Source: an uncultured Methanosarcinaceae archaeon
GTDB lineage: Archaea; Halobacteriota; Methanosarcinia; Methanosarcinales; Methanosarcinaceae
Assembly (NCBI GenBank): GCA_963727895.1
Contig: CAVSHT010000008.1
Coordinates: 160,001 to 224,000 of the forward strand
DNA: 64,000 bases
Direction of reading: 5' to 3'
The first letter of the stretch is position 1. Each line of letters starts with the position of its first letter. Position numbers and translations under genes: made by a program. The notes beneath the pieces are model-generated. The model had not been told where the DNA came from. It ran no database searches and saw nothing but the letters and a program-made list of their open reading frames with translations. Shown here one piece after another: positions 1 to 11,118 of this stretch.

Positions 1-218
1 AAGGCATTCTCCGTCTGGAGCAGAACAAGCTAATTTGAACATATTAGAGATAAATTTGAGATGTATTTATTCTTCTTTTGATTTGTACACTATCTTTATT
101 TAATATAATATCTATTTGTTTTTATATTTTACCGGAAATCAAGTTTTCATTTATTTTCATTTAATATCTAGATAATTAATCGACATTTTGTTTCTGTTAA
201 ATTAGAATTGCAAATTTT

Positions 219-764
219 TTATTTTTTGATATTTACCAGCAACCTTTTTTTCGTTATGGGGACTAACTTTTTCCACTCTACTACTGAATCTTCGTAAAAT
301 TCATATTCTTCTACGGTTTTATCAGAAAATTTGCCGTTTACTTCATATACATAAAAGCCCTCTTCTCCATCCGTAGAGACAACCTTTACCCGATTACCTA
401 TTTTCTTGACCTCTACAGCAGCCACACTTTTTAGGGCTTCAAGAAGAGTAGTTCCTTGTTCAACTTCAAGCCTCTTGTTTTCTGCAAAGTTGTCCAGAAA
501 AGAATAAATATTGTTCAGTTTAATGCTTATCATATGAGTATTTCCTATCTTATTCCTTTCTACAAGGTTAGCTTTTTCCAAGATATTCACATGTTTGGCA
601 GCTACAGGTACGGAAATTCCCAGCTCTCTTGCAAGACCTGATATATGCTTATCCCCTTCACTCAGGTGTTCAAGAATTGAGAGACGTGTATCACTGGAAA
701 TAGCTTTGAAAATATTTTTCCCAGTATTATTTAATCTTAAATCTTGCATAATATTTTCTACCAT
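219..764 (-). CDS. ArsR-family HTH regulator with C-terminal beta-grasp/DUF4430-like domain
   Basis: N-term FKAISSDTRLSILEHL...ISGLARELGISVPVAAKHVNILEKANLV is ArsR wHTH; C-term TLLEAL...YVYEVNGK...VEW resembles DUF4430. Confidence 0.8.
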   Translation of the reverse strand: MVENIMQDLRLNNTGKNIFKAISSDTRLSILEHLSEGDKHISGLARELGISVPVAAKHVNILEKANLVERNKIGNTHMISIKLNNIYSFLDNFAENKRLEVEQGTTLLEALKSVAAVEVKKIGNRVKVVSTDGEEGFYVYEVNGKFSDKTVEEYEFYEDSVVEWKKLVPITKKRLLVNIKK

Positions 765-1693
765 GATGCTCTCTTATATTATCTGAAGTACTTATAATTA
801 TTGCTTTTGATAAAACAAATAAAGCATATCTAGATGTTTGATAATTGCGTTTTTTACTTAATCGTTTAGCAAATTTACTTTACTATTTTTATATCTCTTT
901 TATTTTTTTTATAAAATAATTTAGTTGACAGAGTGATTTTCAAATAATTTTTGTTAAATTTTAGTTTTTATTTACTATTTGTGCCAGATAATATTATTAA
1001 TATAACACAGTTTAAATTTTATAGTATGATTTATAACTCATCTAACTTTTTATACCAATCCCTATATAAAATAATCAGAGAGACAAAAATCATCTTAAAA
1101 AAAGAAAAAATTTAATGGAGGTTATTTAATAGAGGTTATATGTAAATTCAGTTCTGTGTAATGTGTAATCTACGGGACTGACCTTTGGAATGGCGTTTGG
1201 ACATAATGAAATAGATCTCAGCCCCATAGACTGCACAGTACAGGTAAATACTCCCACTCTCGAAAGACTGCAGTTTTAGGGAGTGTAAAATGGCAAATTA
1301 CTCCTGGAATACTGCATATTTATGGAAGCTTTATAGTATCTCATCGACAAATCAAGTAAATTTGATTTGCTAATTCTTAAATTAGATACCAATATATATA
1401 AAGATTTCGTGGATATACGACGTTATTTGACGATTAATCATTAATTAAAAACAAGAGATCTTGAACTTGGATAAAAATGTAATGATTTATATAATTTAAA
1501 TGGGGGACAATAGTTGAAAATAAATACGTTACTTCATTTGTTGCGAAATGACTGTATAAAATATAAAAAAGATTAATAGAAAACTAGAGCAGTTAATCTA
1601 AATAATCAAGAAAATAAAAAAACCTTTCACTATGTTGCTAGACGATAAACATTAAATTATTTATATTTTTGATAGTTTTGGACACAATATTTT

Positions 1694-2482
1694 TAGGTTT
1701 TGAGTGGGCTGATAAGCATATTTCGCATCTGATTGTATGAATTTTGCACTATTTCAGTGCTTCCTTCCAGTTCTTAACCTCAAAACCGAAGTTAGATGCA
1801 AATTCTTCAATTCTTTTCTCAAAATTAGGTTCGTATGACAGTTTTGTGTTAATTCTGGCAACTTTGCGATAACCAAGTTCTCTGAGATGCTCAGGAGTAA
1901 ATTCAAACCCCATAAGTAGTTCATCGCCAACTCTGAATGCAGTCTTCCAGTTTATAGCCCACATAGGAGTTAAGAAGAAAGTATCACTGTGACTTCGCAG
2001 TATTTTCCGGTAACGAGAGTTACCCCCAAGAGCTGCTGCAATGCAATCTTCAAGGGGGTTGATTGATTCATTGCTATTGTCCTGCAATACCTCTATAAGG
2101 CATCCTGTATGAGCAAAATCTCTTTTTACTCTAGAAAATGCCCTTCCACATGAACCATAAAAAAGTAGAATTCCGTCCACAGACCGGGTCATAAGTGAAA
2201 TGTTTGTATACGTTTCATTTTTAAGTCTAACAGGATTTATATGGAGACCCATTCCCTGTAGATGGACAATAACACTGAATTCATTACTACGTTTCAGATC
2301 TGATTTTATTTTGTAAAAGGGTAAGGTTACTGGATCAAACCCTTCAGCTTTAAGTTTATGCAAAAGACCTTTGTTTTCTTCGTGTTCTATGATGTAGACT
2401 CTATCTATATCAAGGTCTTTTGCGATCACATGAGTTATTTCATCCTCAAACATTTGCAGCCAACTATCCCCAGAATTGTCAT
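1694..2482 (-). pseudogene. DUF1638-domain protein, frameshifted at both ends (core ORF 1749-2453)
   Basis: GILLFYGSCG, DCIAAALGG and FFLTPMWA motifs; upstream ATG at 2482 reads MTILGIVGCK one base out of frame with MFEDEI; the alternative frame at the 3' end reads ELEGSTEIVQNSYNQMR. Confidence 0.7.
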
Positions 2483-2654
2483 GAAAATAAGCTTGTATCT
2501 GAGCTATTAAAGAGTATCTTTAACGAAAAAGCTAATAACTCTTAGCAGAAAGCAAAATTATATTTATTATGAGTTCTCGCTCCCATGGTTATTTTTAATA
2601 TTAATTTAATAATTTTTTGTAAAAAGATGGAATCCAAGAAATTTAAATAATTAG

Positions 2655-2959
2655 GATTTCTTTAGAGTTCTTGACAAAATAATGTTTAATAGGGAAAATG
2701 GAATTATTAATGCAAACTTTTTAAGAGTGGTATAATGAGGAATCTTGTCAAGACCAAGCTTTTCCTTTGTATTGCTCATAAGGTAAATAAGTTCTACAAA
2801 ATCACGATAGCCTGTATAAAATCAATAAATTTAATTACTTATTTGATGAAAATAGAGGTTGTTCCTAGTTTTTTGTGGGAACCAAAAATAAGAAGTATTT
2901 TTAATATTCTTTTTTGTAATGTTTTGGGGAAGCAGATTGTAGAGGATTTCTACAAAGCC
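2655..2959 (-). mobile_element. IS5-family remnant (left end plus 5' transposase fragment, internally deleted)
   Basis: AGGATTTCTACAAAGCC at 2943-2959 equals the TIR of the 52265-53264 element; reverse complement of 2660-2815 aligns by eye with 52520-52675. Confidence 0.75.
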
Positions 2960-3778
2960 CAAAAAGAGACCCTTTATATACTGTCTGTTTTACCAGAGTC
3001 ATACATTTTCTGCAAGAACCTGTTTTCAACAGTTTCTACAATTAGATGCCAAATAACGTTGTTACCTTTGAAGCTAAGGTACGTTACCCAAATCCATATC
3101 CTTACGTAGTTTTCGAGTTTATTTATATACGGCAAGAAGCTCACTCAATCCTCTATGTCGAGTGAACAGACTACAATAAGCTGGTGTTCATCCTGGGAGT
3201 GTGCAATCCTGAGAAATGTTCACCTAAATATTTGGATAGAAAAAAGCAATTTAAATTATATGGAATGGGAGGAATCAGTCAATTCAAACAAAATCAATAA
3301 CAAGAAAACCTGAAATTATATGGAATTTTAACATTAGTGAAGATGGGAAATCTTATCAGCAAAATTACGCGATCTTATTTCTCAAATACTCCAGCGCAAT
3401 AGATGAAGAATAATATTAGCAGCTTTAAAAGGGCATTAGAATAAAGATTCCAGTATCTAAAAATCTAGCAAATGTAACTTGAGAGTAGATACTTTCGGGT
3501 AAACCTCCAAAAACATGTAATAAGTAAAATCAAAAAACCATGTAAACCTTATAAAATGTTGCTCGAGGGTTCTACCCTCGAGCAAACCTCCACGGATCTC
3601 AAAATCAGTGTAATAAGCCAACAATCTCACATTGAATGTTAAGCTCAATCAATAAGAAACTGAATGATTTAACTTTTATAATGAACTTACATCAATGAGA
3701 ATTCCTGAATAATTTTAGCTTTTTTGATTAAAATGATGAGACTTAAGGTTAATTACATATCTTTCTCGAAAACTTGAA

Positions 3779-4282
3779 TCAATTGCTAAAAAAGGCTGTC
3801 AAATACGCAAGTGCAAAGTATCGCCCAAACTTCCCAATAAAAACCAGGATAGAAAAGTTTCGGAAAGGAATCTGCACAAGCCCAGCAACCATTGTAATTG
3901 CATCTCCTATTCCAGGTACCCATGTGAAAAGAAGCGTATAAACGCCGTATTTTTTAAAAAGCCTTTCACTTTTCTCAAGTTTTTCATGGGATGGAGACAG
4001 GTATTTATCCAGCACAGGTCGTCCTTTAAGTCCAAGGTAGTAAGTTGTGCATGACCCTAAATAATTACCAAAGGTTGCAACTATGACTACTGCCAAAGGA
4101 TTAAAACCCTGATATATAAGAGCAATTACCAGAGCTTCAGACCCAAAGGACAAGATTGTGGAAGCCAGAAAGCTTAAGATAAAGAGATTAAAGTAACCGT
4201 AGTTAGAAATAAACGAACTCAAAGTTTCAAGCATTGTATTCATACCATTATAATTCAGTTTTTTAAACTGTACTTCAAGCAT
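3779..4282 (-). CDS. YqaA/DedA (SNARE-associated) family membrane protein
   Basis: LFILSFLASTIL..GSEA, GNYLGS, LLFTWVPGIGD, GKFGRY motifs. Confidence 0.85.
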   Translation of the reverse strand: MLEVQFKKLNYNGMNTMLETLSSFISNYGYFNLFILSFLASTILSFGSEALVIALIYQGFNPLAVVIVATFGNYLGSCTTYYLGLKGRPVLDKYLSPSHEKLEKSERLFKKYGVYTLLFTWVPGIGDAITMVAGLVQIPFRNFSILVFIGKFGRYFALAYLTAFFSN

Positions 4283-4694
4283 TAATTACTCGGAGTTTAT
4301 GTTTAATTTGTTTTTTGCATTTCTGGCAAATAGTTTTAATTAATAATTTTTATATCTCTGCATACTACTGTATTTATATTATTTTATTCTTGAGTATGAA
4401 TTGGAATGATAAATGTTAAAATATTATGCATCAAAATATCTTACGTGTACTTCAACATTTTAAAAATATCATTTTTGTATTTATATAAATTAAGATGTCT
4501 TTAACTATAAAGTTATAAATAATCAAAAAAACCAGATTTAGATCATATTATATGATACTAGCCTATTTGATGCCCACAAATTATAAGGTTGAAGAGACGA
4601 TTTATGACGTTTATTAAGCAGAAAACCAGCATGGTATAAAGTATAAATAATAATTTACGATTAATTCTACTGTTAAAAATGGAGCCGTCCCTGT

Positions 4695-6059
4695 ATGGAA
4701 ACGTACACAAGCATTCCCGAAGAATTAAAGCTTGAAGTCCTTGATATAATAAAACCCACAGAATTCGAGAGAGAAAAACTTCTTATTATTCAGGAAGAAC
4801 TAGCCTCCGAGATTAAAGCAGCAGCAGAAAGACTTTGTATCCCGGATGTGCTTGTAAAAATGGTAGGCTCCGCTGCTAGAGGAACCTGGCTTTCAGGCAC
4901 TCACGATATTGATATTTTTATAAGCTTTCCGGAAGAAACATCCAGAAAGGATCTGGAAATTCTTGGCATGTCAATTGCAAAGGAAGTTGCAAAACACGCC
5001 GAACATGCCGAAGATCGCCATGCTGAACACCCGTATCTAAATATCATATACAAAGGCTTTGACGTGGACCTTGTTCCCTGTTTCAGGGTCGCTTCAGCTT
5101 CTCAGATCAAATCGGCAGTTGACAGGACTCCATTTCATAACGATTTTGTCAAATCCTGCATAAAAGGACGTGAAGATGAAGTCTTGCTTTTGAAGCAATT
5201 TATGCGTGGGGGAGAAGTCTATGGTTCGGAATTAAAGACTCAGGGCTTTTCAGGCTACTTGACTGAACTCCTTATAATTCGCTACAGTTCCTTCGAAAAC
5301 ACCATATGTGCAGCTTGTTCTTGGAAACCTGGTGATAAAATTGATATCATGAAGCATTCGAAAATCGAGCACGTAGAACCCTTTGTAGTTGTTGACCCAA
5401 CTGATCCAAAACGGAATGTGGCAGCAGCTCTTTCTCTTGACAAATTTTGCATGTTCATAGATCACTGCCGAGAATTTATGAAAAGCCCTGAACTCAGTTT
5501 CTTTTTTCCAGCCCCACTCCAACCTATTGAAGACAGTGAAATTCTGGGAAGGCTTGAAAGCCGGAAGAGCACTCAGCTTGCAATCGTCTTCAAAACTCCA
5601 GATGTAGTAGAGGATGTTCTCTATCCGCAGCTCTATAAAATGGAGCAGGCAGTGGCTGCTCTTCTTGAAGAATATGAGTTTTCAGTAATCAAAACCGGGG
5701 TCTGGTCAGGTAAAACTGAAACCACAGTTATGTTAGAACTTATTTCAGGTACTCTCCCAAACGTGAAAAAGCACGTTGGTCCCCCTGTCTGGGTAAAAGT
5801 TCATGCTGAGAAGTTCAAGGAAAAATACCATACATCGGAAGATGTTTTTGGAGGATATATAGAAAACGGAAAATACGTCTTTGAAATCCAGCGCAAGTAC
5901 CCGACAGCAACAGGGCTTCTCGAAGACCGGCTCATGAGCTGTTCCCTTGGAAAACAGGTGCATCAAAGCGTAAATGAGGGTTTTGAGATTATAGAATACA
6001 CAGAGATTTGCAGGTTAAAAGATCCTGATTTCAGGATTTTTTTAAGTAAATGGCTGTAA
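4695..6059 (+). CDS. cca: Archaeal class I CCA-adding enzyme
   Basis: VGSAARGTWLSGTHDIDIF nucleotidyltransferase motif, HAEHPY, VDRTPFH, GFSGYLTELL, VDPTDPKRNVAAAL. Confidence 0.97.
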   Translation: METYTSIPEELKLEVLDIIKPTEFEREKLLIIQEELASEIKAAAERLCIPDVLVKMVGSAARGTWLSGTHDIDIFISFPEETSRKDLEILGMSIAKEVAKHAEHAEDRHAEHPYLNIIYKGFDVDLVPCFRVASASQIKSAVDRTPFHNDFVKSCIKGREDEVLLLKQFMRGGEVYGSELKTQGFSGYLTELLIIRYSSFENTICAACSWKPGDKIDIMKHSKIEHVEPFVVVDPTDPKRNVAAALSLDKFCMFIDHCREFMKSPELSFFFPAPLQPIEDSEILGRLESRKSTQLAIVFKTPDVVEDVLYPQLYKMEQAVAALLEEYEFSVIKTGVWSGKTETTVMLELISGTLPNVKKHVGPPVWVKVHAEKFKEKYHTSEDVFGGYIENGKYVFEIQRKYPTATGLLEDRLMSCSLGKQVHQSVNEGFEIIEYTEICRLKDPDFRIFLSKWL

Positions 6060-6518
6060 AATAGAAGAGGTCAATGAAGATTTGATTTTATCAAGCATAG
6101 AAGAATTTAAGCTTTCAGGAGGTTTGGTATTAAAGCGAGTTTAAAATTTCATATCGATTTTAATAAGAATGCGAGTACTAAGCTCAAGTTATATTCTTAC
6201 CAAGTTATTTTATATGTATTCTCTATATATTCTCTATTAAAACCTACATAGTAAACATATTACATTTCTTTCTGCGGGTGCTCGATACAATTTTTATGCA
6301 TTGACAGAGAAAATGAATTAATCACTTTGGAAAGTAACCTATATCGGTCAACATAACCAAACATAGTTAACAAAAAATAAATGTATATATCACATCCACT
6401 TCTTATATATACTGGTTTCTTTCTATACAAAAAACCTAATAAATAGAATAGAATTTAAAGATATTTCATAATTATCTGTTTTCAGATTAATTTAATCAAA
6501 TATTGAGGCGCAAATTAA

Positions 6519-7349
6519 ATGATATCCTCACATCAACTGGACTTTATGATGCTACTGTCTCTGATTTTTTCAGTCGCAGCAGGCTATTATATTTTTGTGC
6601 CGGAACCTCTCAGGACAAAATATTATTATAAAAATGTTGGTTCACCTGATATATCAGATATTTTACCTTATGCAGCTTCAGCGATATTTATTTTTATACT
6701 TATGGATTCACAGAGAGAAATCTCAAATTTCCTGGGCCTAAGTCCTTCTCTTAATTATGATAATTATATGTTGATGCTGGAAGGTACTAGAGTGAGTATT
6801 TTCCAGACTATAGCCAACCCAATGCTGACATATTTCTGTGGAGTTGTATATTTGATTGGATTTCCCTTCCTTTTGATTTTTACATTTGTGTTATTTCTAT
6901 TTAGCCAGGATGAGGAAACTCTTAAAGAGTATACAATTTCTTTTGTACTTACATATACGATAGCTTACGTTTTTTACATATTATTCCCCGTAAATGTAAC
7001 CGGACATGTGTTGCCAGATGTTGCTCCTTTGTTATACCAGCTGAATCCAGCTATTTTGCGGATAGCAACTATCTTTAGCCCTAGTCTTAATACGTGCTTC
7101 CCAAGTCTGCATGCCTCACTTTCAGTGATGGCAACACTATTTATTGTTTTCAAAACAGACCTTAAACGTTACAAGGTTTTTGCGGTAGGAACAACGATTC
7201 TCGTCCTGTTTTCAATATTATATCTTGGCATACACTGGATCACGGATATGATTGGTGGAATTATACTCGCTTTTATTTCCTATTTCGCAGCCACTCGAAT
7301 TTTAAAAAAGAGGTTCAAGGATGAAAGTACTCGTTTTTATATGCGGTGA
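6519..7349 (+). CDS. PAP2-superfamily integral membrane protein (AUR1/IPT-like phosphotransferase type)
   Basis: multiple TM segments, CFPSLHASLS and LYLGIHWITDMIGG motifs. Confidence 0.8.
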   Translation: MISSHQLDFMMLLSLIFSVAAGYYIFVPEPLRTKYYYKNVGSPDISDILPYAASAIFIFILMDSQREISNFLGLSPSLNYDNYMLMLEGTRVSIFQTIANPMLTYFCGVVYLIGFPFLLIFTFVLFLFSQDEETLKEYTISFVLTYTIAYVFYILFPVNVTGHVLPDVAPLLYQLNPAILRIATIFSPSLNTCFPSLHASLSVMATLFIVFKTDLKRYKVFAVGTTILVLFSILYLGIHWITDMIGGIILAFISYFAATRILKKRFKDESTRFYMR

Positions 7350-8445
7350 AGGGTTGGGTCACACCAGCCGTTGTATCGCATTAGGTCAGGAGTTGTTGGA
7401 TGCAGGCCATGAAGTTTATTTAGGATCATATGGTTATTCAAAGGAATTTATAGAGAGAAAAGGATACAGCACTGTTGAAATCCCACCTGAAATAGTACTT
7501 GTAGGCGATTCCGGTTCTTTAGATCTAAAAAAATCAATTATATCCACCCTGAAAAGCGGAAGTGTTTTTGGCATTTTTAAGATTCTGAGCTTATTAAAAG
7601 AAATAAAACCTGATGTTGTGGTTTCAGATAGTTATTTTACAGGAATAGTTGGCTCTAAAGCAAGAAGAATTCCTGTCTATTTAATAGTCAATCAATCAAA
7701 TATGGAAAATTTCTTTAAAGACGGAGGTATTATCCTCAGAACTATAGGCGGGATAATTAAACAGTTTTATAGCTGTATTTTCAGGATAGTTGACAGGATA
7801 ATAATTCCTGATTTTCCAATGCCTTATACCGTATGCCAGCAAAATCTTGCTTTTGAAAAGAAAGTTTCCAGAAATCTGTTTTTCAGCGGACCTCTTGTCC
7901 TCGAAAAATATGATAACGTAAAAGCTGAAGTTCTGCCAAAACCTCACGTATTATCTCTAATTGGAGGATTTGGATATCGAGAGCCCATATTTAGAAAAGT
8001 TATTGAAGTTGCAAAACGCGACAAAAATATAAATTATACTCTCCTTTCAGGACCGAATCTAAATCCGGAAGTATTCTCAAACCTTCCAGAAAATGTTACA
8101 ATTAAAAGTTTTATTAATGACCAGTTCCCTTATCTCAAGGCTTCTGATCTTGTGATTGCTCCAGGAGGGCATAGCACTATAATGGAAGCTCTTACTTTCG
8201 GAGTTCCAGTGCTCTCATTTCCTGATATGAATCATGATGAACAGGAAAGTAATGCTTCTGTAGTAGACTCTGAAGGTTATGGCAAACGTTTGGATTACAG
8301 TGCGTCTCCAGAAGAAATTCTTCAGTCGATAAGAACACTTTTAAATGATAAAAATATCCATCAAAAGGTTGAAAACATGAAAAAACTGTCTAAAGACCTT
8401 AACGCTACTGGAGCGATCAAAGAACTTCTCGAATCAAATCGTTAA
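7321..8445 (+). CDS. GT-B glycosyltransferase (MJ1255/GT28-like)
   Basis: GEGLGHTSRC, KPDVVVSD, DLVIAPGGHSTIMEALTFGVP, HDEQESNA; overlaps the upstream gene. Confidence 0.88.
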   Translation: MKVLVFICGEGLGHTSRCIALGQELLDAGHEVYLGSYGYSKEFIERKGYSTVEIPPEIVLVGDSGSLDLKKSIISTLKSGSVFGIFKILSLLKEIKPDVVVSDSYFTGIVGSKARRIPVYLIVNQSNMENFFKDGGIILRTIGGIIKQFYSCIFRIVDRIIIPDFPMPYTVCQQNLAFEKKVSRNLFFSGPLVLEKYDNVKAEVLPKPHVLSLIGGFGYREPIFRKVIEVAKRDKNINYTLLSGPNLNPEVFSNLPENVTIKSFINDQFPYLKASDLVIAPGGHSTIMEALTFGVPVLSFPDMNHDEQESNASVVDSEGYGKRLDYSASPEEILQSIRTLLNDKNIHQKVENMKKLSKDLNATGAIKELLESNR

Positions 8446-8530
8446 AAACATCAAAAAGTATAGTTTTGGTATCTAATGATCTAGAAGCTAAAATAATTCT
8501 TAACAAGGTTAATAACTGGATTGTGCACTC

Positions 8531-9577
8531 ATGAAAAATTACACAAAATGGGTAGCAAGCTCAATTTTGATTAGTGTAATCTCAATAGCCTTTGTTCTTT
8601 TCTTTACTCTGGATAAGACAACAATCGAGGTTGTTAGGGAAATTCGACCTGTATATATATTAGCTGCGCTTGGTATCCATCTGTTTTCCTTCTTTATATG
8701 GGGACTGCGCATAAAGTCAATGGCAGCCGCATTAGGGCATAAAATAGATCTTAAAACTTCCATCGAAATGGTAATTTCCGGTACTTTTGTTGCAGCTCTT
8801 ACCCCTTCTTCAATAGGTGGAGAACCTTTAAGAATTCATCTTCTAAGACAGAGGGATATGCCGGTTGGACAGGCTACTGCAGTTATTTTGGGAGAACGCG
8901 TACTGGATGCTTTATTGATCCTGTTAGCTGTACCTTTTTCGTTATATTTACTCCATGGTATACTGTCAGACTCCAGATTGGATCTCGCAGTTATAATAGG
9001 AGAAATTCTTTCAGTAATTGTCTTTGCTCTCGTGATATATGCAACTATGAAACCTCGCTATATCAAGATCATCATACATCGTCTTATAGGATGGACTGCA
9101 CGTCTTACTGGTAAGAAAACAGGAAAAAAACTGTATGTATTATTAGATACAGTTGATAGGGAAATTGATGAGTTTCATGCAAGCATAACTATCTTTCTGA
9201 CAGAAGGGCGTTCAGGTATCTATTCCGGGCTGATATATACAGTCATATATTGGATTGTGGAATTTTCCTCTCTTCCAGTAATTCTTATGGGTCTCAATCA
9301 AGCTCCTTCAGTACTCATTTCTTTCGCAGCGCAGGTTCTGCTTATGATTGTTATAGTTATGCCATTGACTCCAGGTGCAAGTGGTGTGGCTGAACTTGCT
9401 GCAATTTCCCTTTTTTCAGTCTTTGTGCCGGCAAGTGTTCTGGGAATTACAGTGGCAGCATGGAGAGCTTTTACGTTTTATACGAATATTGTAGTTGGAG
9501 GATTTGTGAGTTTTAAGTTGTTAAAAGACACAGAACTGGTGAAAAAATATCTAAAGCAATCTCAAAGTGAAGCTTGA
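8531..9577 (+). CDS. Lysylphosphatidylglycerol-synthase TM / UPF0104 flippase-like protein
   Basis: LTPSSIGGEPLR, GERVLD, PLTPGASGVAE, WRAFTFY motifs. Confidence 0.85.
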   Translation: MKNYTKWVASSILISVISIAFVLFFTLDKTTIEVVREIRPVYILAALGIHLFSFFIWGLRIKSMAAALGHKIDLKTSIEMVISGTFVAALTPSSIGGEPLRIHLLRQRDMPVGQATAVILGERVLDALLILLAVPFSLYLLHGILSDSRLDLAVIIGEILSVIVFALVIYATMKPRYIKIIIHRLIGWTARLTGKKTGKKLYVLLDTVDREIDEFHASITIFLTEGRSGIYSGLIYTVIYWIVEFSSLPVILMGLNQAPSVLISFAAQVLLMIVIVMPLTPGASGVAELAAISLFSVFVPASVLGITVAAWRAFTFYTNIVVGGFVSFKLLKDTELVKKYLKQSQSEA

Positions 9578-9629
9578 AGTGAATATGATAGTCATTAAAA
9601 GATATTTGTTGGTATAAATTAAAATAAGC

Positions 9630-10369
9630 GGCATTGGTAATCAAAAATAGATATATGTGCTTATAACATCTATTTCTTCATGAACTACCCCAGATGCAAT
9701 AGTTCCAGTCACAAAAAGAATTGTATAGTTGGCAGGCGTCAACGGTACAAATGCTCTGATTGTGGCTATAACTATACAGTAGAGATAAAATCAACTGCTT
9801 TTTCCGCCTCTGTTAAAAAACAGGCTTTACAACTTTACCTTGAAGGATTGGGCTTTCGCTCAATAGGAAGAGTTTTAGGGGTGAGTCATGTTTCTGTCCA
9901 AAAATGGATACAGAAATTTGGTCAGGAGTTAGAGAACCTAAAAAGTGAAAATGAGATATCTATTGTTGAAATAGATGAAATGCACACTTACATCGGTAAC
10001 AAAAAAAATATTGCTGGATCTGGATTGCTGTTGATAGAGTTGGGAAAAAGTTCATCAACTGCTCTTTTGGTAGCAGAGGAACGGAAACTGGAAAACTACT
10101 CTGGGAAAAAGTGAAGAAAAAAGAGATTGGAGAAGTGATGACAGATCACTGGAGAGCATATGCAGAGGTTCTTCCAGAAAAGAGTCATACTCAATCAAAA
10201 GCAGAAACATCTACAGTTGAGGGATATAACAGCATATTGAGGCACTTTCTAGCAAGATTGAGAAGAAAGACAAAGTGTTATACGAAGAGTCTTGAAATGC
10301 TAAAGTACTCGGTTATTCTATTGATGAAATAAAGAAATAAAGAGTTAACTATGTTTAGTTAACCATACC
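9630..10369 (+). mobile_element. IS1-family element copy 1 (insA 9680-10114, insB via A8 frameshift; premature TAA at 10330)
   Basis: TIRs GGCATTGGTAA...TTAACCATACC; exact 8-bp TSD AAATAAGC (9622-9629/10370-10377); Zn-ribbon, HTH and DEMHTYIG motifs. Confidence 0.93.
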
Positions 10370-10455
10370 AAATAAGCAAATATCTTTTTATTACACTTTA
10401 ATAAATATCTTCCAACTGGTTATCTATATTAAATCTGGTACGAGGTTAAAAGCTG

Positions 10456-10725
10456 ATGAAAAAACGAGAAAGACTGGAGATAATATATGAGATATTGGTT
10501 CTGATAAGCAATAATCATAACCAGATAAAACCTACCCCACTGCTTAGAAAATCCAATTTATGTTCAACTCAGTTTGAAAAATATATTTTAGAACTTCTTG
10601 AAAAGGAAATTATAGAAACTCAAGTCGTGGATTCAAAAAAGCACTATAAACTTACGAAAAAGGGCTTTAAATATATCGACGAATATAAATCATTTCTGAA
10701 AATGTTAGAAGAATTTGATCTTTAA
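10456..10725 (+). CDS. Small winged-helix DNA-binding protein (HTH_45/Sso10a-like)
   Basis: KRERLEIIYEIL...SNL...YKLTKKG pattern; GAGG SD upstream. Confidence 0.78.
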   Translation: MKKRERLEIIYEILVLISNNHNQIKPTPLLRKSNLCSTQFEKYILELLEKEIIETQVVDSKKHYKLTKKGFKYIDEYKSFLKMLEEFDL

Positions 10726-10825
10726 TCCTACTCATTCTAAACGTCATATTTTCAGTAATAACAAGTCTATTTTGTGTCTGTCAGCCGTTAAATCACCATC
10801 AAAAGGACTTCTCATTACAATTTAT

Positions 10826-11054
10826 GGCATTGGTAAGTAAACATTGTTATTTATTATGAGAACCTATATTTCTGCATGAATTGCCTAAGAAACATATACG
10901 TTTGAAGGTTATAACAGTATATTGAGGCACTTTCTGGCAAGATTGAGACGAAAAACAAAGTATTATGCAAAGAGTCTTGAAATGCTAAAATACTCGGTTC
11001 TTATATTAATGAAATACAGAAATAAAGAACTAGCTATGTTTAAGTAGCAATGCC
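10826..11054 (+). mobile_element. Non-autonomous mini-IS1 (229 bp, internally deleted)
   Basis: GGCATTGGTAAG...GTAGCAATGCC ends; exact TSD CAATTTAT (10818-10825/11055-11062); contains the first insA codons joined to the insB 3' end. Confidence 0.9.
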
Positions 11055-11118
11055 CAATTTATCTATTTGACTTATTCTGGCAGGTTGCTAACGCAGATCT
11101 GTTAGGAGAATTCTTCTG

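Noticed and set aside
1165..1320. GC-richer patch that might be a riboswitch or gene relic
   Set aside because: No recognisable RNA motif or interpretable reading frame; cannot be supported from sequence alone
2735..3109. 124-aa ORF
   Set aside because: Antisense to an IS5 remnant and runs across its TIR; no protein-like motifs
9630..11054. Composite transposon of IS1 plus mini-IS1 carrying the wHTH gene
   Set aside because: Each element has its own separate 8-bp TSD, so they are independent insertions
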